From contig NC_045702.1 in NCBI RefSeq assembly GCF_009834535.1, positions 22,816,001 through 22,880,000 of the forward strand: a DNA stretch of 64,000 nucleotides, in the 5' to 3' direction. The first letter of the stretch is position 1; each line of letters starts with the position of its first letter. The notes beneath the pieces were generated by a model. The model had not been told where the DNA came from. It did no database searches and saw nothing but the letters and a program-made list of their open reading frames with translations. Made by a program: the position numbers and the translations under genes. This DNA is from Camelus ferus. Taxonomy: Eukaryota. Positions 38,920 to 52,709 of this stretch are shown piece after piece.

Positions 38920-41900
38920 GCATTTCAGAAATGAGAAGATACTCATTTTTCAGCTGGATATGTTTGGTGTTCTGTAGACAGAGCCATGGTTCTTTATTTT
39001 TGTTTCTTGAGATGTGGCTTTTCTTTGGCATGTCCTTTTCCAGCAAATCAAATTACTTTTCATGAGCATTACCAGATGTTAAGCAGAGAGGATTCAAGTG
39101 GAGTGTTCAAGGTGGAATTCATTCTGAGAGTGTTTGTATTTCAGTCATTTTACTCTTGGAAGAATACAGTATCTGGGCATTTACAGCTGTACAAATAAAC
39201 AAACATCAAACATAAAAACAAAACAAAGCTATAAGAGCTGGATAACAGTAACAAAATGCTAGTAGAGCCTTCATTTAATAATCTAAGGTATCAAATATCA
39301 GAAACCCTCAGAATAAATGATTTGCCTTGAATTAATATAATAATTGCAATACTTTGTAGAAAAACGATGATAATTATAAATAGTAATCAATCATTTGAAC
39401 AGTTAACAAGAATATGGCCCATACCAAGTACAGTAAATGCTGATGTTTGTGATAACTGTTCATTTCCAATAATTAATGGGTACAGTCCAGTAAGATATAG
39501 AGTGGTACACGTGTGACAAGGCAGGGACTCTGGTTCACAGCTTCTCCAGGCATTGTGTAAGCTGGTAGTCGTGAAGTAGGGGAAATCTAGCCAGACCCGA
39601 TTGGATTCTGCCTCGCTCTTAACCCAAGCCATGAAGATCATATGTTGGCCCGAGCCATTCATCTGAAGCTCCTTTCATCGTTTGCTGACTTTGCTCCTTC
39701 ACATCTGGAGATGGACGCCCTGTGTGCAGCATGGCACAGTGCCATGGGATTAGGCTGCAAATCGCACCTTACTCTGCTCTATTCACGTGGACCAGATTAA
39801 GCTTCCCATGAATCTATCAAGAAGCTGAATTGCTTCTGTTTTGTTCTACTGGTGTTTCTATTCTAAATAATTTTATTTATGTTCTTTGTATTTGTTTTGT
39901 TTTTAAGTGTTTCCTTGAGTTTGGAGATCATAATTTATTCTAACTGCTCTGACCCTTTCATTTTGATTTGTAGGCAACACATTCTTCATTTCCATGATGC
40001 TCTTCTGAAAATAAGAGCAGTCTATGTCCACAAATTAAAATCTCAAATTCCAATTTAATTTTTCCTTCTTGCATTTATTCTATTATCCCCCAAACAAGAT
40101 ATAGAGAATTCTTTAAGAATGTCAGATATTAACCTGTGTGGTTCTTGAAGTATTCTAAACAAAGTTACATCATTTACTATCTTGGAAAATAACACATAGG
40201 ACAATAAAGGGGAAGACTAAAAAAATTAGAAAAAGAACAAACAAAAAACTACTTCTAAAGACTTATAAAAATAATTATAATTAACTATAATTTCCATCCT
40301 GATTTACCCTTAAAAGCTTAAAACTATTTCTAGGTAATGTTATACCAATGTGCTTTGTTGTTTTCTTGTTCTTTTCTCCCGTATCACTCTTTTGTTTAAT
40401 TTATTCTTTAGTGGTTTCTCCAAAACTTAACTTTACATGTTCTGATTTTTATCTACAAAATTTTATATATATTCTTACACCTGTATTTATATACATTTAC
40501 TGATTACAGGAATGCAAATCTCTATTCCTTCAAATTAAAACCAAAAACTTAAACAGTTAGAAAGCTCTGTTTAATTCAACTCATTTAAAATCTTATTTGA
40601 GAAAAGATTCGATATATGGTATGCTTCTAGAAATGTAAAACATTGGTAAGTTATTATATATGTGCATGCAGAAGATGGGATTTGAAATTGAAGAAAAAAG
40701 TCAACAACCAAAGAGAACCATGAGATTCGGGAGCAGGGAGGTAATGCCTGTTTTACATCATCTGTGGTTTGATGAGTAAAGAAACTAACTGCCTCGCCAT
40801 TGTCAATACAAAATGCGTTCAGCTTTTATCTTGAGTTTACTTGTACTCTTATGTTTTGAGTGATAAGTTGTCATTGATTTGCTTTCCAGCTGTATCATAG
40901 TTACATTATGTGCAGTTTTCACTACCATTATCACCAATTATAATTATAATTATCACCTATTAACCCCTGGACAAGCTTGTGTGTTGGAATGCAATGGAGT
41001 CTCGTTTCATATTGTAATCAGTACAGTTGGGTTAACCTCTACGAGTCCAACATCTGAGTCTGAGTTCAGATTACTAGGCTGGAATGGACGTATTAGAGAG
41101 TTCATGTCAGGCTTTGGGAGAGCAACGCAGTCTATCCATGGAAAGCAAAGTATTGCGTTGAGATTCATTCATTCATTCATATGATAAATTCACTTTTCAG
41201 AATTGTTTTTGGTCAAACGAAATATTGTTTCAGGGAACACAAGGTAACAAAGCTGACATTTTAATATTCCATATCCATTTTTGAAATGACAAAAAGGATG
41301 TATTTTTAGAGCTACATCACTAAGTTAACAGAGATCTCTGAATAATAGAAGCCATTCAATATTAACTAGAAATGTCACTGTGCTTATTTGATTAATGTCA
41401 CTAAAAAGAAAACAGCACATAGAATACATCAATCGTACAGTCATGAGACTACAGCAATGACATGCCACAGCTATACATTTTCTGGAAAAAATTTTTATAC
41501 AGAGATTAGAACATTTGGGGTTGTGTCCTAAATAATTTATATGTTGTTTATTGTAGCTATTTTAGAGTAGGAAATAGAAAATAGATTATCTCATCAAGCA
41601 GCAAGTAGGGGAGATGTCAGATGTATTTTGGGAAGAGAAGCAGCAGCAGCAACTGGTGACAGGCAGAACAAGTAGAGAAGTGGAGACGGGGTTGGGGGGC
41701 AGGGACTGGGGGGACGGTGTGTGGCTGAGGACGATGCTTACTACACCGGCAAGACTTACCCCGTTCTAGGAGGTTCGTGCAGTTTTATCCATTCAGTCCT
41801 CAAAACCTCATTTGAAGTAAGGTATTACAGACATGTTTTCAAGGATGGACTGAAGCTCAGAGAAATACTTTTAGTAAGTTATAAAACAGAGATTTAAATC

Positions 41901-42029
41901 CTGATCTGATTCCAAAACCTCATGCTGAATCTGATCATCTCAGTATCCTTGTCATGTCTGGTTCTTACACTTGCTCTGTCGCTTCAAGTTGGGATTTTTG
42001 CCCTTTGGTGTGCCTGTCATTTTTCGTGG

Positions 42030-42345
42030 TAGTTGGACAAGATGCGTTGGGTGAAAGGAACTGCTAGAACAGGCCTTTCCTGAGACTCCAGCAAGCACAC
42101 TTCAGCTTTCCTGCCCCAGCACTGGCCTCTGCGGTGATTTCCTGCTAGGGATTCCCTGCGCCTGTGAGCTGGGACTTCCCCTGTTCGCCTTTCTTTCCTC
42201 TCCATTCTTGGGAGCAGTGACACTCCCCATGTCCTCACTTCTTTTAGGGGTCTTAGAACCATTGCTGATCCCAGTCTGTTCAGCCTTTTACTTGTTAGGA
42301 TGGGGTGGCAACTTCCAAGCTCCTTACATGCAAAGCTGAATAGTA
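42030..42345 (-). mobile_element. Old L1 (L1M3/L1M4-like) 5' UTR fragment
   Basis: Reverse complement reads gcatgtaaggagcttggaagttgccaccccatcctaacaagtaaaaggctgaacagactg...gaagtgaggacatgggg...ggagaggaaagaaaggcg, matching the L1M 5'-end consensus as I recall it. Confidence 0.65.
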
Positions 42346-42559
42346 GTACTTTGATAGCCAGAAATGGAAAGATGTTTTTTTCTAGGCAGAGGCAAACAAA
42401 CAGGAGTAAATAGAAGAAAGCCAAAATACATGTTTCAGGAAGATGGATACAAAAACTGAGTAAGGCATATAATTCCTGAATGGGCATTTTATGTAACATT
42501 CAAAAGGCAGATTGGGGCAGAGGGTTTGAGGGCTTCAAGTTAGGTTACCAATTTTTATT

Positions 42560-43350
42560 TCTACTTTGTATAATTGAGAAATCATTGTGATTTTCTGTTA
42601 GGGAAGGAAACAAATAAAGGGAATGTTCAGATTATTTTTATCCAGCCCTGATTTATATGTGAAAGATGGATTAGAAGAGAGAGAACAACCAGCGGTAAGC
42701 CCTTTATGGTGGTCAAGGCATGGCATTATGATAAACGACTACAGTAGGGCTGGACAAAACAAGGGGTGGATGAAAGAAAAAAACATTATAGGGTGGCTAA
42801 GGCTGGCTATGAAGTTCAATTGAACAAAATTAGAGAAATCAAGAAGAAAACCCCGAAGGCCAGATGATGAACACATTTTTAGACACGACGAGCTTTACTT
42901 CTCATACCTCGGCTCTGTGTCATGGTGCTTGGTCAGCAGACCATTGGGAATGTTGTAATAGCTGGTGCGTAAAAAGATCAGGGTTGAAGTAGAGCGATGA
43001 TGTCTGAAGCCAGGGAGTGGTTGGGATGTCTGATAGAGAAGATAAGTCAGGAAACATTAGGATAAAAAATTAATTGCAACAAAGAGAAAAGAGCCAACAT
43101 TCATGACAGTAGGAGTAGTGATAGGGTTCAAGGTGTCAAGAAAGGAGGATTTCAGAGAAGACATGCATCGAGGAAAGGTAATTGGATTTGAATGCTGGTA
43201 CTGTCCTCACATAATGTTTAAGATGAGCACATTGCAAAAGCCAGTGGTGCAAAGGGCATAATACCTTGCTCCTCTAGGATTGGTCAGGAGAGAAAGAAGA
43301 GGAAGAAAACAGCAGCTGAAGAATACAGCTGTCACAGACGGTTTTCAAGG
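42560..43350 (-). mobile_element. L2 fragment
   Basis: Purine-rich antisense L2 motifs (gatggattagaagagagaga...gtggtcaaggca...gggttgaagtagag...aggaggatttcagagaagac). Confidence 0.55.
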
Positions 43351-43459
43351 TCTGGAAGATCAGGGTATATTTATAAAACAGTACTGCAATGTATTTTATA
43401 ATTATATGCTAAATAGGATTTCCTTATTTCTCCCCCTTTTTTGGAATCTATGGTTATAT

Positions 43460-46400
43460 CTATAATCTTAGAGTTAAGGCTGTGCATTTGGTTTTTTCTT
43501 CTTTTTTTTTTTTTCTAGTTTAGACTTCCCAGCTATCTATAAATTTTATTGGCTATTCTATAAAAACTGTTCTTTGATGTTGCTTTAATTAATTAACCAT
43601 TATTCTGTCTTCTAAGTCTTTAATGCATGCTTTTATTGTTATTAATTTCCCCTCTACTTTTCTTAGTTTTATGTTATTATTTTTGCCTAGCTTTTAGAGT
43701 TGAATACTAAGTTCATTTATTTTTATTATTTATAATAAAAGCATTGAAGAAAACAAATTTTTGTTCTAAGTACAGAGTGCTGTGTGTAGCATTCTCATTA
43801 TCTTTTATTTCTAAATGGCCCTAATTGCACTTCTGACTTGACTTTTTGAAGAGAGTTATTGTTCAATTTCTAAGTGGTTGCATTATGTTTATGACTTTAA
43901 TTTATTTCTGGTTTTACTAGAAACTGTCATCAGAGAATGTGGTCTAAATAGGTTGTTTTGTTTTATTTTAACCTATTAAGATTTTCTTTATGATCCATTT
44001 TTAAGTATATTTTCTCTGAGTTCTAGAATTTATCGACTTATCATTTCTGTAACTTTTTTTTTTTTCTTGTCGCTTTTTGCTTTGTTGCCCATAAAAGCAC
44101 ATGCAAGTTACATTTTCATTGAAACCTGGGGGTTTGGGATCCAGATTATTGTGGGGTTTTTTTTTTTTTTTCCGTTTACATTAGACTCACTTTAAACTAT
44201 TTTTGTTAATTGTGTCCAGTTTTATAACTAGGTTTACTCACATTTTGGTAGATTTCTCACATACTTCAATGATCAGTGTCACATCTTTATGTCATGATTC
44301 CCTTCCTGGACTTCTCAAGTTTGCTTTAATTTTCAGCAGACTAGATTACTTAAGCAATTTTTTTTTTCCCAATAAAGTCTTTTTAAAACATTGTATTTTC
44401 TCAGTAATGATGTACCTAAAAACATTTTCCTCTAGTCCTCAAACATGAAAGTAAACTTGTCAGGTTATTAATTATGTGATCATAAGAGTTTCTCCTAAAA
44501 AAATTACACTTTTTTTATTTTGAATTTGTGTTGTGGTGGATATGTTTGAGGACTGTCTTTACTTTTAATTTTTGTTAGACATTTTTTTTTGTCTCCCTTT
44601 GTTTGTATTGAGCTTTTCCTTAATCTGATACCTCCCACCAAAAAGTTTTATGTTTTTTTCAGTCCCTTCCATTAATGTTGCCCTTCAGTCCATTCACAGA
44701 GATATTTCGTCAGCAGAGAAATATTTTCTTTACCCATATCTTTGATTATATTTTTCCATAACAACTGCTTTGGTTTCCTCCTTTAGAAATGTGTGTTGCC
44801 TGTAATTTTTTTCATAGTCTTTCTGTTTTCTTCCATATTTTCTATTATTGTTTCCATCTCTGTATTTTTTTCCTCAGTGGTTTGAGAAGCTTTACAAGTT
44901 GGTCTCTAGTCAATAACGTGATTTTTTTTTGCAAACTCTATCCTTCACTTCAGTGCTTCCTGTACAGATTTTCAGTTGGCATTTCATTGTTAGCTCTCTT
45001 GCCCTTCTGTTTCTCATTCCTCCTCTTTTACAGTCAGGCTTGTTAACTTTATTTCAACCTGTTCTTATTTAAAATGTTTATTAAATGTATTTGTAAATAT
45101 GATTATAAAAAGTCCATTGGTCTTACAAGGCTCATTTGAAAATGGCAGCCCCCAATATGCCTGCCCTTATTTTCAGATGGCCAAAGGTGACCACATTTAA
45201 CTCTTTTGTTTCTTAATGTGTTTTACTCCATATTTCTAAATACCTTGCTTTCACATACTTTCTGGTCCTGATTCTTCTGCTGTGGTAGTTTATGTTAACT
45301 TCTCACTGTAGAGTATGAGGAATTCTCTCCTTTACACCTGTCTTCCTATCTTATCCTCCTCCCAGCATAGACATGTCGTAACTTACATTTTCATGTAGCT
45401 AATTATCGTCATTTAAGAATTGGTTGCTTAGTGCTCCTTTTTGTTTCCGTTTTGGTTTTTATATACTTAAAACCAATTCACTTCTAAACTTTTCAGCAGA
45501 GGACATTTGGTTAACTGTATTTATATTCTTAGAGACATCTCTTCAGCTTCTCCAATTTAGATAATGTGTCTCTAAATAGCTTGCATCCCCTTTACCATAA
45601 TTCAAAGAGTTTTCTTCACATTTCTTTTGTGCTGCACCTTCTATTTCCTATAATTCAATTTTCCCTCTTCATTTATCCTTTTTTTAAGGTATAACAGATC
45701 AACTGATAGCTTCCTGAGACAAAACAATGGAAGATACATTTTTTGGGAGAACTTGCATTTATAAAAGTGTCTTCATTTTAATAATATGAGTAGACAATTG
45801 ACTGCCAAAATCTAGGTAGGAAATCATTTTATTTTAGAATTTGAAGGCACTACTTATTGTACTGGACACTCAGTAGGCCCTTTTAATCTAGAATGCATTA
45901 TCCATTCCTTCTAGGAATTTTTGTTTGTTTAATAATCCCAATACTCCATTTTCTTTTTCTGGAATTTGGATTCTTTAGATCCTGGACTGATTCTTTAATC
46001 CTCTCCTGATTTCTTTCTCCATGTCTCTTTGATCTACTCTCTGGGCGATTACCTCAACTCTACCTTCTAATTCTTCTATTTATTTCTGTTTCTGAAATTA
46101 GTAATTCAGAATTATCATTTATCCACTTATCTAGAATTAAATTAATTATGAATTCAAATTTTAATGTAATTTAAGTATATTATTAATTATAAAGGTTTAG
46201 ACTTAATGTATAAGAGTCGTTTCATGCTCTATGAATGTTCCTTTTTATTAAAGAAACTTGTTTTATGTATGTATTTTTTTAAAAATCTCTGAAGGTATTA
46301 ATAGCTTTTAGAGCTTTCCTCTTCAGGCATAGCCTTATTCTCACTTACATTGCTTTTTTTGCCCTTATTTGTTTGTTTTAATGTCTATTGTTCATGGTAG

Positions 46401-47000
46401 AGATTTTCTTCAGTATCCAGTGATCCTCAGATTCTATTCATATTTAAGAGTGCAAGACAAAGCTGATTGACAGCTCTCTGCCCATGGGCGTGTCTGTTGA
46501 CGGTGGACGTCACTGGGAAATCATGTCACATCAGAACGTGTAGACCTTTTCTTTTAGGCTGATGGATCTAAAAGTGTCCCAAAGATGAATCTTCAAATCC
46601 TCTGCTTGGGGGATGTAAGCGAGGCTGATAGTACTCTGTGAGCCAGGTGGGGGAAGAGGCCTGGAAAACTCACAATTCAGCATTCATACTTTTACTTACC
46701 ACAACTGATGTCAGTGCTACCCCAATCCCAGCTGTGCCAGGTGTCCTGCATTGAAGAGACAAGAGACCCTCTGTTTTGCTGTCTCCAGAGAGCAAATCTC
46801 TAGTCTTCTGCTAGGTTGCAGGAAAGAAAGTGGTCTAGCTTCACTAACGTCAGATATCTGATCACATGATTTCAGTGTTGGATTCCAGTCCCTTCTAAAT
46901 TGCCTGGCTCTTTGTGCGCGTAGACGTTGCTTCATTCATCCTTATATTCCTGGTACCTACCCTGTGGATTATACCGTTATTGCAATTCATGTTTTCAGAT
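43460..47000 (-). mobile_element. Long ancient L1M/HAL1-class element(s) extending to a 5' UTR-like region (about 46400-46960)
   Basis: Extended T-rich antisense L1 composition. aaatcattttattttagaatttgaaggcac, gatcctcagattctattcatatttaagagtgcaag and aagctgattgacagctct...gggcgtgtctgttgac are HAL1/L1ME-like motifs. Confidence 0.6.
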
Positions 47001-48379
47001 AAATGAATAGATAGTTTAGTTATAAATTGAGGAATTGAGGAAACCTTTAGCTAGATATGGCTGATTGGAAACGCTTCTCTTCTAACATCACAGAGCTCCT
47101 TTTCTTATATTGTTGCCTTAGTTCTGGTATGTTGTCTGTCACTTCTGTGTCGGAATGAACATGTCTTAATATCATGTAGGCTTTCCCTACAAGTTTCAGA
47201 CAATTCCCAGCTTTTACGCTTGCTAATGTTCAAAGTTCCACATTCTCAGCACAGTCTTCACACTGTATTTTGATAGCTTTGCTTACCATTTTGTCCTATT
47301 AACTGAAGCATAGAAACAAACAATTCTGGAAAACATGAGTGTGTCTTTGTGAGTCATATTCCCCCCAAAATGCCAGCTGTGGTCTCCTCTTGTACTACTC
47401 AGTTTCTCATTCATCGCTGTTCTTTTCTATTTGATCACTTTGCTCCTGCTGAATCCAAGGAGACTTTTTCTTAATCTCTCTCAATCTTGTATTCCATACT
47501 GCAGTCTGTGGGAAGAGTCTTTAGTTTCTAGGTTTAGGGCTGAAAAGCAACATCAGGTTCTCTCCCTTTTTTCAGAAGTCGTTTATTTTTATGACATGTC
47601 CCAGTGTGATAACTCTATTCCCCTTTGGCTGCAGGAGCTGTTTTTGTTGGTGTTTAGCAGTTTCATGTCTGTCTCTTTGTGGGTAGAATATAGAGTCACG
47701 CAATCCCTAGGAATCCAGTATGGAATTGGAAAAAATTTTTTTAAACCGCTGGTTTTCTTTTTAATTCAAATAAAGTATCTTATTTTGCATCCATTCATTT
47801 GGGATTAAGTTATAAATGCCTTTCAGGCAGGAAGAGTGCCATTTAGGTGTACAGTGACTAAAGCTAAATGGATACAGTAACCTTTCTGATGCTCTCATAC
47901 GGAATAGCTGGAAGAATCTTAACTGGAGACAACGTTCCACTTGAATAAGTATGAGGGGGAAGGAATCACTAGGATGAAGCATACTCAGATCATGAAACAC
48001 GTTTATCTTATCCTAAGGTTTCTTCATTGGGTCTAGTATGGAAAAAGCCTTTAAGCAAATTATCACCAAATTCTTTCGATTCTCCTTTCTAAACCTGACT
48101 CATCCTTTCTTTTTCATTCCCAGGAAACTCACCCACTCTTCTGCTCTTGTCTAGGGCCACACTTCTTTCACCTGGACTATTATTTCAACTGTGTTACACC
48201 TGCTCCGCTGTCTCCTACCTCCTCTGCTCCCTCTTCTGGATGTGCAGTTGGTTTTAAGTTTTTGGTGGGTTTTTGTTTTGGTTTTTTTTTTTTTTTTTTT
48301 TTTTTGACCATCTATTTTATGTTATGCACTGCCCTGGGAGCCATTAGGTACATGTAATAAAATGCTGTGATTGGGTATG

Positions 48380-48570
48380 TGGCTACAGGCCCCCTCCATC
48401 GTTTAATAGCTATGTGATGTGGGACAACTTACCTTCTGCTCCGTGACTCCTTAAACTAAATGCGGTGAGGTGGGGGACCTAACTCACAGGGTTGCCATGT
48501 GCATTTAATGTTCATCGCTTAGGACAGTTCTGGCACGTAGTACGCCCTTAATAAATGTCATCATCATCAT
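48380..48570 (+). mobile_element. MIR SINE
   Basis: tagctatgtgatgtgggacaacttacc...cacagggttgcc...gttctggcacgtagtacgcccttaataaatgtcatcatc. Confidence 0.7.
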
Positions 48571-50329
48571 CACTTCTTATGTTCTCTTCGCTTAGTTATA
48601 TAACCTGGCTTTCCACTGGAAATATTCATTCCAAACCCCTCTGTCTGTCTTCTCACATTCTAAAGGTACTTACTTCCTATAAATTTCCACAGTGTGAGTT
48701 AAATATACATTGAGTGATACGGACTAAGGTCGAAATGGACAAGTGTTTTGCACTGAAAATTTATTCTGTTGTTCAAAATGTCACAAAAGTGCTTTATAAA
48801 GAATTATCTTAGTTTCTGCATGCATTAATAAATCATCTTAGTGTAGTAAAAATAAGAAATATGAATTATTAAAAGGAATATTCTAAGAAGCAACAAAATT
48901 TCCTGTTGAGAGTATTACCCCTGAGCTGATTTTCATATTATTTTCTTCTACCTATTGGCGATGAAGGATCTGCTTAACTGAATTTAGGTAGCATAAAGTG
49001 TGGGCACATGTACTCAATGTAGCTCTTCATATGTAATATTTAAGTCATATTGTAAGAATTAAAATTAAACATACAAAAGCTTTTAAACAATATGCAGAAA
49101 AGATCTAACATATCAAATCTTCCTGAGAAGTTAAAATAGTTATTTTTATAGTAAACATTCTGATGAATTAATCTTACATGAAAAGATTTTACCTAAGGAA
49201 ATTATTTGAAACTCTAATTTTGGTCATCTAGAATAGAATCATGAATATAGTAACACAAGTTGTAGCTCAATGGCTTATGATTTAAAATGACCACTCCTTA
49301 TAGTATTCAAATCGTAACTTTTATCACAAATTTAAGATTAAGGGAAAAAATTCTGTTTCAATACTGTTGCTACAAATACCACACACTGCATGGATGTCTA
49401 CATAGGCACTATGTTGGGGTGAAAATCTATCATAATGTCAGTGCATCCCATTCACCAAAAATATTGTAGGTCTGACCTCCTGTAGTCATCCCTGAAAACA
49501 GTCATCCCTCAACACATATCCCAACATCCAAGCTTGCAGATCCCACCTTCTCCAGCCTCAGAGGCAAGGGCAGAGGACACTTGCCTGGACAGTTTTCTCA
49601 GCATAGAGCTGGGGTGGAAGAAGGGGCATCTCACGTGGGAGGAACTGACACTAAAAGCTGAGATTGTGGGGAAATAAAAGCATGAAATAGCAGATCTGGA
49701 TGAAATCCAGAGACGGTGGTTTTGCTTGTTGCTGTTGACAGATTTTTTTAACAGAGCAACTGTATTTAATTATAGGTAGAGACTGGGAACCTTCTTTCTA
49801 GTGCCGCCTCTCAGTCCTAAATCATGGTACATGCAGAGTTTCTGACTCTCTTTTACATTTTCTGCTCGCAAAACATTTTTACACGTATTAACTTGTTAGA
49901 TCTTTCCAACATCTCTGTAAGGTATGTGTCAGAGGGTGTAGTCTCCCCAAAATCAGCTTCTCTGAAGGTATGGATGAAATAATCTAGAGACCACACAGAA
50001 TCAGAAAAGAACAAGCTTACTACCATCCTATTCAAAACCCTAAATAGAGAGTAGCTATAAATTTGGAGTAGTAATAGATGTGTTTACCACATTGTATTTA
50101 ATGTCGTTCTCAATCATCAAATTCCTACTGAATCTTGGGTCTTCATACAGATTACAAGAGTTAAAAATCTGTCCTTGAGATTAACATGCTCTCAGTCTAG
50201 TGGGAAAAAAGACACGTGAACAGATAGTCACAATACGATACCAAAGAGTTATAATAAAACACATATAATGAAATATAGTGAAATACAGGGGAGGGACATA
50301 CCTTCCCATCAGGGACTTTTGATTTTCAA

Positions 50330-51595
50330 ATCCTATCCTCATAAAGTTTCACTGTGTCTTTTGGGCATCATGGACCACTTCCTCATTCCCAAAATTATCT
50401 ATTTGGTTTCTTGGACCTTGGACTAGATTTCTTCCCTGGTTTCCATCTGGCCATGTTATTTTTCATCCTCCTTTACTATTCTTCCTGAGTCTGCTCCTTA
50501 AATTTTGTTCCTTCTGTGCCTCCATTTATGTCATCTTCCCTTCACACTTTCCATTGTTTCTCACGGTAAGAATTTTCTAATAAATATTCATAGTCTCAAC
50601 TGCTTTGCATATGACTGCATTTGAAATCTTTGCCGCAGGCAAACCTGACTCATGAACACAGCTCATGTGTTCATCTGATTCCTGAGCTTCTTGGCTGGGA
50701 AGCCTCACTGAGATTTTGAGCTCAGCAGGGCTCAGAGGGAACCAAGTCATGATTTATCTTTACCTTTCAAAACCAGTCATTCCCTTGCGTGCCCCTGTTC
50801 AGGGGAAGGACACCATCACCTGTTCACCGGTTCTTCCATACCTTCTTCATTCTTTCAACAAATATTTATTGATGCCTATTGGTAACAGTGGGAAAACAGA
50901 CCAGGTTCTTACTCTCCTGAGGAAAATACATTTAAATTGGTGCTTAGCAAAGTATGGTTCACTAATTACATGACAGAAGTCTTGGAAGAAGAAGGGCTTC
51001 TTTTAAAAATGCCAACTTGAGTTTCCATCCCAGACGTATTAAATTGTAATCTCTAAGACCTGGGACCCAGTGAGATGTATTTTGAGTAAACGCTTTAAGT
51101 GATCCTAAGGAACATAAGTTAAAATTTATAAAACTACTTATTTGGATAAAAAGAAAGTCAAACAAATAAATATGTAATTACATACTGTGAAAGTGCCATT
51201 GAGGAAGACGACAAGGTTTTGTGTGAGTGTATCCTGAGGGAGTGAGGAGGGTTGATACATGATTCTCCAGGAGTTAGACAGGGGCAAGACCAAGCCTGGC
51301 CATGTAGCTGGTGATCGATTAGACATGACGCTGAAGTAAGTGAGATGCTAAGGAAGACTCTCAAACACAAGTCTGGATGCCGTCCTTTGGTTCCTCTGTT
51401 TCCCTCACATCGCCCTTTCCTTACTAGACCTTAAATCCATCCCATCTTCTTCAGCATCACTGCTTCTAATAGTTCACAGGCTCTTGTCTTGCCTGGAATT
51501 ACAACATCATTTCCCTGATTCTTATCCTTGCTTCTGTATCACCCTTTTTCCTTATCTGTCACCACAGTGATCTCCAAAATTATATATATATAATT

Positions 51596-51626
<31 letters not shown>

Positions 51627-52660
51627 ATTATCATGTCACATGTTTGGTTAAAAATCCTTTAATCACTCTCTATGGACTTGAGAGTAAAATCTGAACACCT
51701 GGTGCTGCTTACTGAGTCCTTCCTGCTCACTGCCGTTCTTTGGATTCCAGTTGCCATCGCCTTCCATCTGGAATTCTGCAATAACCTCAGTGCGACTGGG
51801 GATTGACCTGTATCCAGTCTTGGGTTCCAGTCGTCTTCTCTCTATTCTGCAGCCCGAGGATTCTTCTAAACAATAAATCTCATCATCCTTGTCCTTGTTA
51901 TAACCCTTCAGAGGAACCCTCAACTACCACTTTCAAGATACCATGCAAACTCCTCTCAATGGCTCACAAGGTTCTAGCATGATCTAGCACCTTCTCTATT
52001 CCCTAGCTTACCTTTACCCACTGCTTTAATCTATACTTTTGCTATTCTTTATACCTTTAGTGTCTTCAGTTTGTTATGGCTTCTTGCTCCGGGGTCATTT
52101 TTCTTTTTATATATACATATTTTTATTGATATAGTCAGCTTACAATGTTGTGTCAATTTCTAGTGTACAGCAAAAGGCATAATGGAGACTGTCATTCTAA
52201 GTGAAGTAAGCCAGAAAGAGAAAGAAAAATACCACATGATATCATTTATATGTGGAATCTGGAAAAGAAAAAAAAAAAAAAAGACAAATGAACTTATTTA
52301 CGAAAGAGAAACAGACTCGCCCCTGGGTCTTAATGTCTTTTTTGCTTTTCTTGGTGCATTCTTGAGATCCCCTTCTTGGGTTTACCTCTTCTGCATCCTT
52401 CAGGTTGCTGTTCACACATCCCTGAAGCCTGGACTTGGTGGCCCTGCCGGATGCCCTTCCTGCAGAACCCTTTCCTCACCTCTTTTCTTTTTTAGGGAGT
52501 CTCATACTGAGCCGTGACTGGCTCTTTGCTTGTCTCTTTCCCTGCCTACTCTCTTTGGAGGCCAGGGACCCTGTCTCGGTCACTGTTGAATTCCCCACAC
52601 TGAACCTTGTGTCCAGAACAGAGTGGGCATGCAATATATGTCTTTTTCACCCAGCAAATG
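50330..52660 (+). mobile_element. Cluster of L2 fragments, interrupted by a MER5-like element (about 50970-51115), (TA)n/(GT)13 (51581-51626) and a young L1
   Basis: L2 sense motifs (ctctattctgcagcccgaggattcttctaaac...catcatccttgtcc; gactggctctttgcttgtctct...ggaggccagggaccctgtct...tgtccagaacagagtgggcatgcaata). The MER5 core is ccatcccagacgtattaaattgtaatctctaagacctgggacccag. Confidence 0.6.
52098..52318 (-). mobile_element. Camelid-type L1 insertion with 5' inversion
   Basis: Antisense L1 terminus (ttttattgatatagtcagcttacaatgttgtgtcaatttctagtgtacagc) joined directly to a sense L1 segment (gtcattctaagtgaagtaagccagaaagagaaagaaaaataccacatgatatc...atgaacttatttac...acagactc). Confidence 0.75.
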
Positions 52661-52709
52661 AGGACTGAATGTTCATACTTCCTGACTGTATCAACTTAGC
52701 ATGCATGCT

